Shown: in pieces, positions 39,636-53,117 of the stretch
How the letters are laid out: every line of letters starts with the position of its first letter
Position numbering within the stretch: the stretch's first letter is position 1
Origin: Eledone cirrhosa
Lineage: Eukaryota
NCBI GenBank assembly: GCA_964016885.1
Contig: OZ024741.1
Span: 169,322,001-169,386,000 of the forward strand
Direction of reading: 5' to 3'
DNA length: 64,000 nucleotides
The notes under the pieces: model-generated
Told to the model about the DNA's origin: nothing
Seen by the model: only the letters and a program-made list of their open reading frames with translations
Databases searched by the model: none
Program-made: the position numbers and the translations under genes

Positions 39636-41967
39636 ATATATATATATATATCATCATCATCATCACCATTAAGATGTTTCATGATGATCGTTTCAGAAGG
39701 TAAAAAGAATTTATTAATGTGCAGTTATGCAATTCCATATCTTTAGCATATATACTTTAATACATTTATATAGTTGTACATTCAGTTTCAGTACATGCAG
39801 TTTCATAGATATTATTGACAAAGGTACAAGTTCTCCATTATCAGAACTTGTATGTATGCCTTCTCATGACTAATCATCAGTCTCTTCTTTGTGCTGTTAT
39901 TCTCAGTATCAATTCATTATTTTCCCCATTATGATATTTATATATCTATGTTATTATTCTTTTTATATATATATTTTCAGGATTCCCGGTTTGGAATGGA
40001 TGTATCACTGAGATGACAAACAACTCAACGGGTCTCCACCAAAAGCATTGAGCTGAACAGCAACAGACTTGTGGAAATAAATCATATATGAAATAATGAA
40101 ATACTGGAATGAACACAAAGTGATCATATATATATGTGTGGGCGTATGTGTGTGTGTGTGTGTGTGTGTGCACATGTGTGTATGTGTATTTGTATCTGTC
40201 TGTGTGTGTATTGTATTTTATAGATTGATATTTCCATGTATCATTTATAATATTCATTAAGTTATTTGGTTTATTTTTTGTTTCCTCTTACATTGGGTAG
40301 GGGTAAAAAGTAGGGGAAGAATTATTTTTCTTTTTTTCTATAAATTCAAATTCAAATCATTTTTGTCATTTCAAGCCTTCAATATGTCATTAATTGACCA
40401 CTTCAACCTGAACTGATAAAAACATATGAAGTTCTGTTTCAATCATTTTCCCTGAATTACAGCTGATGAGTTTAGGTTTTAAATGTAACAGAATTAATGT
40501 AATCTTTGCAGAATACTGCATTTTCCTTTCAAAACACCCATTAAACACCTCTAATTTACATACTGACCCTTGCTGCTTTTATTTGTAGTACCCAACAAAC
40601 ACCTAATTTACATACTGATCACTACATTTGTAATGCCTGACAAACACTTACAATCTATTGTTGACCCTACATCTTCCATTTGACAGGCCAAATAAATGCC
40701 TCTAGTTTACAGACTCATCTCTCCAGTTTTCTTCATAACACCCAAACAAAACCTCTAATCTACTTGTTAAAATGAAATGAAAAAATTGAAATATACAGCT
40801 CACACCTATGCAAGTTTAGCTGGCCTACAATGAGATTTTATCCTATATGAGGTATTTTAATGATAGAGGTCCTCATCCTATCATGAAAAGTAACATGAAA
40901 TGTCCTTCTTGATACAAAAATTGAACTCACCATGGTGTCATAGTGGTACTGTCATGATATACAGCATGTGAAATAGAGAACGAACTGATTTCAGTAATTG
41001 AGTGGTACTTTATTTATCAATCCTTGAAAGGATGAATATAAAGTTGACTTCAAGAAGATTTGAACTCACAGAGCACAGAGAACTGGAATGAATGCTGCAA
41101 AGCATTCAGTCAGACATTCTAATAACTCCCAATTTGTCATTTAGCCTTTGAAATGTTCAACAAACTTCTGTAATCTCTTGTGTTCCATATAATTTTTATA
41201 ACAACTGATTTGTATAATTTATAACATAAACTAATACTGAAAATGACAGGGTTCAAATCCCACCATAGTTGACTTTACCTTTCATCATTCTGAAATTATT
41301 TGAACAAATACCAGTTGCATACTAAGGTCAACTATTTTTCTTCCTTTCCTTACAAGTGGTGAATGGGCAAAATTGTTAAATCATAGGACAAAATGCTTTG
41401 TGAAATTTGTTCCAACTCACTGCCTTCTGAGTTCAAATCCTGCTGAAGTCAACTTTAACTTTCACCATTTTGAAAGTTAATAAAACAAAACAAAAGCACC
41501 CCTGTTAGAAAACTCCTAACCCTGTATCCTGGTTCTACAATGCAAAACTAGTATTTATTTATATTTCTCAAAAACCTTCCATCATTATCTCCCTATATTT
41601 ACTGTCTGTTTCCTTATGCATTCTCAAACAGCTCAACCAAATTAAATCAAATTTTACAAGGTAATAATAGTATTAGACCCCGGGATTAACAACATGTAAT
41701 TTTTATTTATATTTGGATTAAAACAATATAACATTTTATCTAAAATATTCTACTATAGACTATAAGTAAACAACATTTTATAACATGACGATGACACTAT
41801 CTTTTGTATATGAGTGTTTGCATGTTCGTTACATACGTTAGGCCTTAGTAAGTTACATACACATACATCTTCACGTAAATATTTAATCAGATACACAGAG
41901 AATTAAACACACACACACATCTATACATATGTGTTGACTGACAAGTATATGTGTGTGAGTGTATGTG

Positions 41968-42372
41968 AGGTTGAATTTAAGAGGCTTCAGTTACCAGTCA
42001 AACTAAGTTTTGTTATTTCAATTAACAAATCTCAGGATCAATCCCTCAAGGTACTTGGACTTGATCTCTCTACTACATGTTTCTCCCACAGTCAACTCTA
42101 TGTTGGTTGCTCATGAGTTGGAAGCAGCAACAATTTATTCATTTGAACACCAACAAAAAATTACACACTGAATATTGTTTAACCTGAGGTGCTTCAAGAT
42201 TGACAGATTTTCATTTCTAAATTCTATTATCATTACAATTTTAATTTTTTTTTTTAATAAAATGTAGATACTTTGAAATAATTATGAGAAAAAATATATA
42301 TCTCTATATTTATTGTTTACTAATTTGAATAAGAACAGCAGTAACCCAGACAACGCCAGGTCATTCAGCTAG
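41968..42372 (+). mobile_element. Helitron 3' end (Pif1-like helicase remnant, hairpin, CTAG)
   Basis: FKRLQLPVKLSFVISINKSQDQSL...FSHSQLYVGCS; terminal ACCCAGACAACGCCAGGT...CTAG-T. Confidence 0.85.
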
Positions 42373-42489
42373 TTTTATATAAGAAACTTATTAATGAGAA
42401 AGTTAGTTATCACCAAACTATTGATTATATTCAAGATGGTTTCAATGGTGGTTTCAATGATGAACGTTCCAGGTGTTTGAACAACAAGA

Positions 42490-42835
42490 CATAGTAAAAG
42501 TTGTTGTTGTTGTTGGGCTTTGAGCAGTTCTGATGTATCCCAGTTAATGCAATCAATGGAACAGCCCGCCCATAAAATTAACATACAAGTGGTTGAGTAT
42601 TCCATAGACCTGGATACCTTTAATGTAGTTCTCAGGGCAGTTCAGTGTGACATAGCTGCCGCTTTGAATTACAGGTACAACTTACAGGTACAACACATTG
42701 TTGTCAGCAGAATGAACTGGAGTAACCTGAAATAAAGCCTCTTGCTCAAGGACACAATGTGCTGATGGGAATCAAACTCACGATCTTATGGACATGAGCT
42801 GGACACCCCTAACCACTAAGTTATGTGCCTTCACA
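42490..42835 (-). mobile_element. CORE-like tRNA SINE
   Basis: Reverse complement has a tRNA head and GTGTCCTTGAGCAAGAGGCTT. Confidence 0.7.
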
Positions 42836-43049
42836 AAAGAGAGTAAAGTAGTTTTGTCCAGAGGGTTCAGGCCTTTTTGCAAATAAACCAACCAAAGTGA
42901 TGCTTATGAGTGCTTCCAATGGTACCCACAAAATATACAATGTGATTGGTGAGCAGAAATGTGGAGTGCTTTGACTTGAGATAACTAGTGGATTCTCAGT
43001 ATTGAATAGTTAAACTTAGATATTTTTCATTATAATTATATATCTTATA

Positions 43050-43275
43050 TAGGGTGGTGAATTAGTAGTAGTAATGGTAGAGCGTCGGACACCATGCTTT
43101 GCAGCATAGATTTACAGCCCTTTACGGTCTGAGTTCAAATCCCACCGAGGTTAGCTTTGCCTTTCATCCTTATGAGGTTGATAAAATAAAGTACCAGTAA
43201 TGCACTGGGGTCGATTTAATCGACTTATGCCTCCCCCCAAATTGCTGGCCTTGTGCCTGTAGTAGAAATCACTAT
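43050..43275 (+). mobile_element. Meta-type SINE
   Basis: Family match; further copies near 43624, 44865, 45036, 52113, 52912, 58096 and 62695. Confidence 0.8.
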
Positions 43276-43719
43276 AATTATACATCTTGTTTGAAATATT
43301 ATGTTTTACAATAATTTTATATTCATTTAAAATGTTATCACATTTTAATCTGTTTCATGCATAACAAATTCACCTCTCATTTTGTTTTTATGTAGCTTTG
43401 TTTGTTCAGTCCCACATATAATGTGACCCCTATATTTGTAACATTTGTTGTATTGTAAGAGCAGCCATTATGGCGAATAAAAGAAAAAATTATCATTATT
43501 ATCATTGTAAATCCCACTTTGTGCTGTAATTCTTCCTTGTATTGTTTTCAACGTTTTTGGCTCTTGCGACCAATAAAATAAATCAATACTAACATTTTTA
43601 TAATTATCATAGTAGAAATCATTGCCTTTCATCCTTACGGGGTCGATAAAATAAAGAACCAGTAATATACTGGGGTACTTGCTGGCCTTGTGCCAAAAGT
43701 AGAAACATTATTATTATCA

Positions 43720-44802
43720 TTATTGGAAAGGCTTGCAGCTCGGGACCTGGAGAGGCAAGTCCATGCCATCCAAGAGCATCGCGTGACAGACGGACTGGTA
43801 AAGTTGCTCAGGGTGACTGGCATCTGGAATATTGCCAGGCACTCACTGCCCTCTACCAAGCGGGCAATGCGGTCAGTGGAACTTCCACTCTCGAGTTCTA
43901 TAGAGGATTAGTGGTGGGCAAGTGTGACAACACACTTGGAGAAGCTCTGGGCTTCGACGAAGTCGAACTAACCAGTCTGTCATGGAGGACTTTTGAGCCA
44001 GTGATGATGGATAACTTCCAGAAATTCCTCACTTGGCAGTGCTACGGGAGGGCGCTGCCAGTTCGAGATAAACTCTACAGGCACGGAAGTGCTGTCAGAC
44101 AGACCTGCCCGAGATGTGCACAGAGTGACGAAACCATTCTGCACGCACTCATCCAATGTCCATGCATCACTGACTTGTGGAGTTATGTCGAACAGCTGTT
44201 GTCGTGTGTAGAACGGATCTGGATATCAGCCGAGTCCATAGTGAAGATCGACCCACCGCCAGGAAGGGCAGGCAATATTCCTGTCTGATGGCAGTTGCGA
44301 AAGAGGTTGTATGGTGGACCAGGTTGAAAGGACTGAAGACAGACACTTTTCTCTTCGGCAAATCCCTCATCAACTTTTTCAAGTTTCACCTGGAAAGGAA
44401 GTTGAGGGTGGAGAGAGAAGTGCTGCCCCCCCCCCCCCCCCAGTACACTTGCTAAAAGATGGATGAATGTGGTGAGAATGGCCTGTGTGAGTGGGTCTAC
44501 TCTGACCATAAGCCTGTAGGCTGGATAATTTGAGGAGAAAAGGGGTGGCCTCCCTGGGTGCCCTAGAAGCGTCGAGAGGTTCAGGATTGGTGAGGTACCT
44601 GAGTCGCCCCTGGGTCGTCCACCCCCACCCCCACCCTCATTGGGGAATTTATTTTGTTATGTTTATACATAGTTTATTTTATATTTTCATTGTTAAATTG
44701 TTTTTGCTATTCTGTACTTTAATTGAGCTTATTGTAAACCCCCACTGTCCATGTCTCTGTATTGTCTCCTACATGTTGTCCCTTGTGGCCAATAAAGAAA
44801 CC
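43720..44802 (+). mobile_element. L1/Tx1-clade LINE 3' fragment
   Basis: WQCYGRALPVRDKL...TCPRCAQSDETILHALIQC (zf-RVT/CCHC); ends GGCCAATAAAGAAACC(ATT)n. Confidence 0.85.
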
Positions 44803-44827
44803 ATTATTATTAGTATTAGTATTATTC

Positions 44828-44864
<37 letters not shown>

Positions 44865-45217
44865 GGTAGATTGGCAGTATCAGTAGAGTATCGGACACCC
44901 TTTACGTTCTAATTTCAAATCCTGCCTAGGGTCGATAAAATAAAGTACCAATAGCGCACTGGGTCGATTTAATTGACTTTCCCCTCCCCCAAAATTGCTG
45001 GCCTTGTGCCTCTATCAGAAACCCTTATTATTAAGGGTCGGACGCCATGCTTTGACGCATAGAGTTATGGCCCTTGCCATTCTGAGTTCAAATCCCGCCG
45101 AGGTTAACTTTGCCTTTCATTCTTACGGGGTCGATAAAATAAAGTACCAGTAATGCACTGGGTAATTGCTGGCCTTGTGCCAAAAGTAGAAACAATTATC
45201 ATTATTATTATTATTAT

Positions 45218-45812
45218 TTGCTGTCACGTGTAGGATGGATCTGGTTATCGACTGACTCCATTGTGCAGATAACCCTGCCGTCCTCCTCCTTTAAGGAAGA
45301 GGACGGCAGGGAGTTGTCATTTGCCTGGTAGCCATGGCGAAAGAGATTGTATGGTGGACAGGGCTGAAAGGATTGCAGACAGACACTTTCCTATTCGGCC
45401 AATCCCTGATTAACTTTTTCAAGTTTCACTTGAAGAGGAAAATTGGGGTGGAAAGAAGAGTGCTGTCTTCTAGTAAGTTTGTTGAAAGGTGGGTGAAAGT
45501 GGCGAGTCTGGTCTGAGTGAACGGGCCCACTCTGAGTATGCACCTGTAGACTGAGGAGTAGAAAACTGAGAGAGGGCATTTTCCCTGGGAGTCAGGGTGG
45601 CCGTGGTTTTTTGTGTGGTTTTCGCCACGAGTGACCCTCGGAAGTTTTCCCTCCTATTTGGGAATTTTTGTTGTTTGAATTATTTTGATATTTCTATCTT
45701 TTTGTTATAAACTTTTTTACACGGCCAAAACCCACTTTGTATCGCCCTGTACCGTTCTGTGCCATCTGTAATGTTTTTCTTCATGTTAGCCCTTGTGGCC
45801 AATAAAGAAACC
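45218..45812 (+). mobile_element. L1/Tx1-clade LINE 3' fragment (second copy)
   Basis: AKEIVWWT...LINFFKFHLKRK; same 3' terminus. Confidence 0.85.
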
Positions 45813-45995
45813 ATTATTATTATTATTATTCTTTGAGTCTCAGTCATTGATTTTATTTAACTGGAAAGTTTGTTGAAATGAATATCAAGCCGTTAACTGC
45901 AGCCTCAGACTTAAAGGAGGGTTCTTGCTGTTCCCAGCAAGCATGCCTTTTGAAGTGTTCCAAAAAACAGAGCTGGACTAATTTTCTTTAACCTT

Positions 45996-48002
45996 TGTAG
46001 CAGTTGCCTCCCTTGTTGTGACTCACAACCCCAATAGATTAACAACATCTAGACGGGAAGTAGAACCCTTTCTGTAACTTCCGGTCAGAACCCTATAAAA
46101 CTAACAACTTTAAGTTCTCACTCTCTCATTTGCCCTTCCGGCGCCTGGCCTTCGCCAGGCGTCTTCTGCCAGCCTGCGTTTGCCTGGCAATCAAAGCGGT
46201 AACTACTAACTTTGCCTAATTCTTTCGTTTATTCATTGACATGTCAACTATACTGTTAAATTGTTGATTAAATATTATACACACAAACCATGTCTCCGTG
46301 TTACATTCATACACACGAGTTCCCCGCTATATTGGTAACCCTGACGTGATACGAACACGCAGCCGTTCATTGTTATAAGTGGTCACCCCGAAAAAAGAAA
46401 AAAATAGCAGAATCTGGTGTTGTGTGAGTAACATTACGAATACACAGCAAATTTATTGACAAACTATGAAAATACTCAGTCAAAGAAACGAACACACCAC
46501 ACACATGTGAAACTTTCGTGCAGACAGACTTTTTCTCTCACGCATCAACTAACTGTCGCATTTCACGATATATATATGTTTCTCGTTTCTTACAACGAAC
46601 ACTTTCAAAACAAAAAAAAACAAAAAAAAAAAAAAAAAAATTTGATATTTTTTTTTTTAGAAACATTTCAACAGGAACATTTATTTTCGATGAACCATTG
46701 CCTATTTTTTTTAATCGTTTTCTTCATCGTTCAAGTTTGTTTTTTTTTCAAAAGTTCACACCAATAATTATGCTAAGTGAAGCCTTTCTTTTTCATCATT
46801 GTCACTTTCACACTTGCACTATCATTTTCTCGCGCGTTAGAAATATTATTTTTTAAACCTAACTTAACCTTGTATTGGCACGTGTAGGCAGCACAAATTC
46901 TCAACTCACAGAGATATCTCGACTCACAGAGATAGCCGCACGCCAGAGATAACGTTTCTCGCCAAGGATTCTTCAGCCTTAAGCTATATTCTCCTATTTG
47001 CCGGTTTAAAAATTTACCACGTAAATTTGCCGTTGAAAACTGCGCATTTATTCAGAATGCTTATTTCTTTGGTCGCTGGCCTCTTGACCCTTCCAGGTCA
47101 ACGCATTCTCAACATCGACCATCAACTTCGGCTGTTATTTCTAACACTTTGCGCAACTCATTTTTTCCGAAAAAAAAATTTTTTACTGTGAATTTAAACA
47201 CCGAATACGCTCACTCCGCGAGACAACAACATCAACAGCAACACAGCTTCACCAACAACCAAAACCAGCAGAACAAGCCAGAGAATTTATTTTTGCAGCA
47301 CTCTTCCTGTGAGAAAATCCATTCGGAGGTTGGAAATTTCACGATATACCACAGAACAGAAACCACCTGCATTCATTCTCTGGAACACACTTTCTTTCCT
47401 GCTGTCATGTGATTGCACACCTGTGAACTATATTTTGTACATTTGAACTTTGAGCTCTTCTCTTACTTTATTACATTGTATCTTTGGGTGATGGATAGAA
47501 AGATGTCCAGTCGTTCTCTGGCCAAGAGCGGTTGGCTACCTTGATATCTATCATTGATTTTTGCAAACATTCTTTTGTCGTAATTTTCATGCCTGTTACA
47601 ATATTCTCACCAACTTGCTGCATATTTCATTCGATTTTTATATTCTAAAATTCTGGCGGGAGGTTATGTAGCAGTTGCCTCCCTTGTTGTGACTCACAAC
47701 CCCAATAGATTAACAACATCTAGACGGGAAGTAGAACCCTTTCTGTAACTTCCGTTCAGAACCCTATAAAACTAACAACTTTAAGTTCTCACTCTCTCAT
47801 TTGCCCTTCCGGAGCCTGGCCTTCGCCAGGCGTCTTCTGCCAGCCTGCGTTTGCCTGGCAATCAAAGCGGTAACTACTAACTTTGCCTAATTCTTTCGTT
47901 TATTCATTGACATGTCAACTATACTGTTAAATTGTTGATTAAATATTATACACACAAACCATGTCTCCGTGTTACATTCATACACACGAGTTCCCCGCTA
48001 TA
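45996..48002 (+). mobile_element. Non-autonomous LTR retrotransposon (probably Gypsy-type), recent
   Basis: 336-bp LTRs at 45996-46331 and 47667-48002 (two differences seen), TG...TA ends, CCTT TSD, tRNA-Trp-type PBS, PPT GGCGGGAGG, non-coding interior. Confidence 0.93.
46333..46364 (+). promoter_or_regulatory. Primer-binding site complementary to the tRNA-Trp 3' end (extended)
   Basis: TGGTAACCCTGACGTGATACGAACACGCAGCC versus the recalled metazoan tRNA-Trp complement TGGTGACCCCGACGTGATTTGAACACGCAACC. Confidence 0.8.
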
Positions 48003-48524
48003 CCTTCCTTTGAAACTCTTTGAGATAGTACCTAGGGCTCCTATGACAATCGGGACAAACTTGATCTCATGACAGTTCCAAATCCTTTTTAAATCCCACT
48101 TTAAATCCTAGTATCGGTTAATTTTCTCCCTCTCCTTTTCTTGCACTCTCGTGTCAAATGGGCAGGCTACATCTACAATCAGGCATGATCTTTTTTCCTT
48201 GTCCAAAACCACCAGGTCAGGCCCATTGTGTTCTAATTTCTTGTCTGTCTGTATCCTAAAATCCCATAGCACCTTCACTTGATCATTTTCTATCACCGAC
48301 TCTGGCTTATGCTCATACCACTTCTCAGAATGAGGTAAATTGTTTAGTTTGCATAGATGCCAGTGGATCACCTTTCCTCTCATATCATGTCTCCAGCCTT
48401 TATAGTGAGTCTGGGCTAGGGGTTTACACTCGGATACAATGTGAGCCACAGTTTCCTCTCTCCCTCCACAGATCCTACACAGTGAGCTAGCCTCCTTTAT
48501 TATTATTATTATTATTATCATTAT

Positions 48525-51500
48525 TGTTCTTTGAGTTTCAGTCATTGATGTTATTTAACTGGAAAGTTTGTTGAAATAAATATCAAGCCACTACCTGCAG
48601 CCTCAGATATTCAGGACGTATCGGGGGGTTCTTGCTGTTCCCAGCAAGCATGCCTTTTGAAGTGTTCCAAAAAGCAGGGCTGGACTAATCTTCTTTAACC
48701 ATCCATGGAAACTCTTTGAGATAGTACCTAGTGCACCTATGACAATCAGGACATCTCCAACTCATACCACTTCACAGAATGTGGTAAATTGTTTACTTTG
48801 CATAGGTGCCAGTGGATCACCCTGCCTATCACATCATGTGTCCAACCTTTATAATGAGTCTGGAGTAGGTGTTTACACTTGGATGCAATGTGAACCACAG
48901 TCTCCTCTCTCTCTCCACAGATCCTACACAGTGAGCTAGCTTCCTCTTTGTCAATATGGTGTTTCACCGACTTCGTTCTGAGGGCTTGCTCTTGCGCAGC
49001 CATTAGCATTCCTTCTGTAGTTTTTTTAAGGTCTCCTCTTTTTAACCAGTTCCATGTATGTGTATCTCTAAATTCCGTTTTCTTAAAGAAGGTCCTATGA
49101 AGGGATTTTTCATGAAGGTTGCTCTTCTTCCTTCTTGTTATTTCCTCCTTGGACATCCCCTGGTCTATTGTCCTCTCCTTCAGTACAATTTTGAGCATTG
49201 GCTCCCTACTGTCAGCCACTTGTGCAGGTTATTTTTCTCCATCTGAACACAGTCCTCTATGCTGATAAGACCTCTTCCACCTTCAGATCTCTTTAAGTAG
49301 AGTCCATCAACATCACTCCTCTTGTGGAACATGTTGTAGATAGTCATTAGCTTCCTAGTCTTCCTATCCATTTCTTTTTGTTCAGCAACATTCCATTTCA
49401 GAATTCCCGCACTGTACCTAATAATAGACACAGCTCGGGAATTTACTGCACTTATGACATTCCTACTGTTCAGATGTGACTTTAATACGCTCCTTACTCT
49501 CCTTATGTATTCAGATCTTATCAATTCCTTCGTTTTTTTGTTCTCGATGTCATCTGCCTCCAGAACACCTAAATATTTGTATCCTTCTTCAGTGTCAATT
49601 TCCTTTATCATCACACCTGTTGGTACCTGGATTCAGTTGCTTCTGTTCAATTTACCCCTCTTCCTCACTAGGACTTCACACTTATTAATATCAAATTACA
49701 TACATATATCATTGCTGAAAATACGGACAGTGTCAACAAGTACATCCAACTCCTTCTCACCCTTCCCAAAGAGTTTAAGATCGTCCATGAAGAGGAGGTG
49801 GTTGATGGTAAGCTCTCCTCTTCCCCACTTGTATCCTGCCCTCACTTTTCACAATATGAAAGGACAGGGGTATCAGGGCAAGGAGAAACAACAAAGGGGA
49901 CAAACTATCTCCCTGGAAGATACATCTCTTGATCTTCACGCCTCCCAAGGATTCGCCACCCGATGTTAACTCTGTTTCCCAGGACTTCATACTTTTGCTT
50001 AATAGCTGTCTGATGTTATCTGCCACCTTGAAGATCTCTAGGCTTTTGGTTATCCAAGAATGAGGTACCATGTCGAATGCCTTTTTGTAATCTATCCATC
50101 CCATGGCAAGACCAGTGTGCCTCCTCTTGCAATTCCTCATTACCATCTTATCAATAAGTAACTGGTCTTTTGTACCACGGGACTTCTTTCGGCATCCTTT
50201 CTGTTCATCCGGTAACAAGTTGTTTATGTGGAGGTGATGCTAGATTTCCTCAAACACAATGCTTGTTAACAGTTTCCTTATTACGGACAGACATGTGATA
50301 AGCCTATAGTTGGTAACATCATTACCCTTGATTCGGTCTTTCATTACCAGAACAGTGGTACCTTTTATCAACCACTCTGGTACCTCACCCAACATCAAGC
50401 AGTCATTGAACATGGTTGTCAGTTTCGGGTGGAGGGTTGTTATGTTTTTAATCCAATACCCCTGCACATCATCTGGGCCTGGTGATTTCCAGTTGGTTAG
50501 TTTTTTGGCCTGCCCTTTAAGAGTTTCAACTGTGATACTCAAATCAGTTTGTTGGTGTGCTTGTTCACTAATCTCCTTTTGTACTGTCTTAATCCACACT
50601 GCCTGATCATTATGTTCAACATTTTGTTCCGATATTCCTCTCCAGAATGACTTAGTCTGTTCTGCCTCAGTGATCAAGTCGTTGCCTCTTTCTTTCCCTT
50701 CAAGCTGTCCAAACAACATCTTCTGGTTGTTACAATGTGTTGCTTCAGTTCCTCTATGATAATATTTAGCTTTTTCCTCCTAGTTTTGTACTTTATTTCC
50801 AGTCTATTTTTAGTGTCTATGTTTTGTAGTGTCCCATTGAGTAGGGACTCAAGCTTTCCAATGTCTTTTCTCATTTCCTTGATTTGACCATTCAGTCATT
50901 TCTTCCACCAAGGTTCTGATCTTTCTTGTTTGTTGTTTCCTCTCGTTTTTATGCCAAGTAATTTGCTGTTGCTTTGAGGATATTTTTGCATTGGTGAAGG
51001 TTCCTCACCTCAAGGTATGGGATGACTTTGTTTACATTAGCTTTTGTTTCTTTTAACTTTTTCCTGCCTACAAATCTTAGGTTCATAGGTTTCCCACTAT
51101 CATTGTTCATTTCATCTACCACTAAGTTCAGGATATCAACCAAATCTTGTTCTAGCCCGTCAGGATTCATTTCCTCAATCTTTGTTCCAGATGTTATTTA
51201 TTTCAGCATTCAAATCATTGTCTGCTTCAGATGCTTATTAGTTCTCTCAACCTCTTCACCTTCATTTCCCACTGGCTCGTTTGCCTGACATACTCCACTC
51301 TCCATTTCCAACTTAATCTCTCTGTTCAGTTCCTCCAGTTCCAACTCGCTTATCCATCCATTAGTTCTTATTACCCGAGCCTGCCCGACCAATTTTTGTT
51401 CATCTAATTTAAATAGACCAATCTCGTTCCAGATGTTATGCATCCGTTTCCTATAGCCTTTTTCCATGGGGTTACTCTTCAGGTAACATTGCATAACAGT

Positions 51501-52909
51501 TCTATTCAATTCTTTCGTCCAGTTGGTTCTTGTCCCTTTCCTTCTCTTCTTCCTCCAACACCAGCAGTATTTGGATGACAGCCAGGTCCCTACTGCTGGG
51601 CCAGGGAGCATTTGCTGGGTGACAGTCTTTCACATGACGTTCCAGTCTCCTCTTCACCGTTATTCGAACTGTTTAGGTTCGACATTTAAACACTCATATC
51701 GAGGATTGGTGAATGTATGGCTACATAACCACCGGTGATTTCATCACCCCCAGTGATTTCATCACTCCCGGTGATTTTAGCGTGGCACCATCACACTGTA
51801 GACGAACATAAATAAGTAAACAAATAAATAGATAAAAACTTTAAAAAATAAACAAGTTTCATTGTAATGTTTGAATGTCTGACTTAGTTTTTTGTTTGTT
51901 TTTTTTCCTTTTCGTTTTTAGGCTAGTAACATCGGTTACATGGTGGTGGTGTTGCTGCTGCTGCTATTTTTGATTTTAGCTACGAAGGAAGTGGGGGTTG
52001 TTGCATTCAAAACTTTTGAAATTTGTTTTTCTTTTGTTGTTGCATTTATTTTTGTCTGTGTTCTGTTCTATAATTTTTTCGACTTGTTGCTTATCATTAT
52101 TATTATTATATTAGGTGAGGGCGGTGAATTGGCAGTATCGGTAGAGGGTCGGACGCCATGCTTTCCAGCATAGTTACGTCCCTTTACGGTCTGAGTTGAA
52201 ATCCCGTCGAGGTTAACTTTGCCTTTCATCTTTACGGGGTCGATAAAATAAAGTACGAGTAATGTACTGGGTAATTGCTGGCCTTGTGCCAAAAAGTAGA
52301 AACAATTATTATTATTATATTATAGTTTAGATTTGACATCGTTTAAACTAAACATTTTGAGAGAGTTTAGAGATACATGGTGTTGTTGTTAGCTGTTTGA
52401 CCGGGTCACTAAACCAGTCTATTTATATCTTTTGATGACTTCCTCGCTTCTAGGCATGTGTAGTGCCACTACTACCATATCTCTCTTAACAGGAGGTAGT
52501 GAGGGAATAGTGGTGGTAGCGATGATGCAGTGGTGACGGTGGTGATGGGATAGTAGTACTGTAGTGATGGTGTTGCTGCAGCCGTTGGTTTGTTTCTACC
52601 GTAGCAAAATTTTAGTGGTAGTGGTGATGATGGCGGCGGCGGTGGTGGTGCTGGTGGTGAAATTATTTGGCTGTTGTTTGTAACCATTTTCTTTTTTGAC
52701 TATAAAATTTCTGATACAAAATTGAATATTAAATATTGGAGCCCTGTGCCATAATGTGATGTGTTGTCACTTCCTGAGAGCTAAGACTGGTATCTTATGT
52801 CCCATTTGTAATAAGAATTATTCTATCACAATTGATTTAAATATGTAAAAAATCAAAAGCTTACGGGAGCGATTCCATAACACTCTATCCACCATGTGCG
52901 TATTCTTCC
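48525..52909 (-). mobile_element. R4/Dong non-LTR retrotransposon, copy A (long, decayed)
   Basis: Fragmented RT/CCHC ORFs homologous to copy B; deletions; SINE inserted at 52113; 3' end in (TAA)n. Confidence 0.9.
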
Positions 52910-53117
52910 GCGGTGGGTCGGCAGTATCGGTAGAGTGTCTGATGCCATGCTTTGACGCATAGAGTTACGGCCCTTGCCATTCTGAGTTCAAATCCCGCCG
53001 AGGTTAACTTTGCCTTTCGGGGTCGATAAAATAAAGTACCAGTAATGCACTGGGATAATTGCTGGCCTTGTGCCAAAAGTAAAAACAATTATTATTATCA
53101 TTATTATTATTGTTATT

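Larger units (their letters stand above)
45830..48495 (-). mobile_element. R4/Dong LINE 3' fragment interrupted by an LTR element
   Basis: [25 protein letters not shown] (REL); sequence continues across the insertion. Confidence 0.88.

Noticed and set aside
39978-40080. Possible host exon after a TTTTCAG acceptor
   Set aside because: All frames close quickly, there is no recognisable protein and no partner exons; cannot be supported
40456-40502. CTGATGA...GTAAC hammerhead-like motif
   Set aside because: GAAA is absent and there is no palindrome or TA context; probably chance
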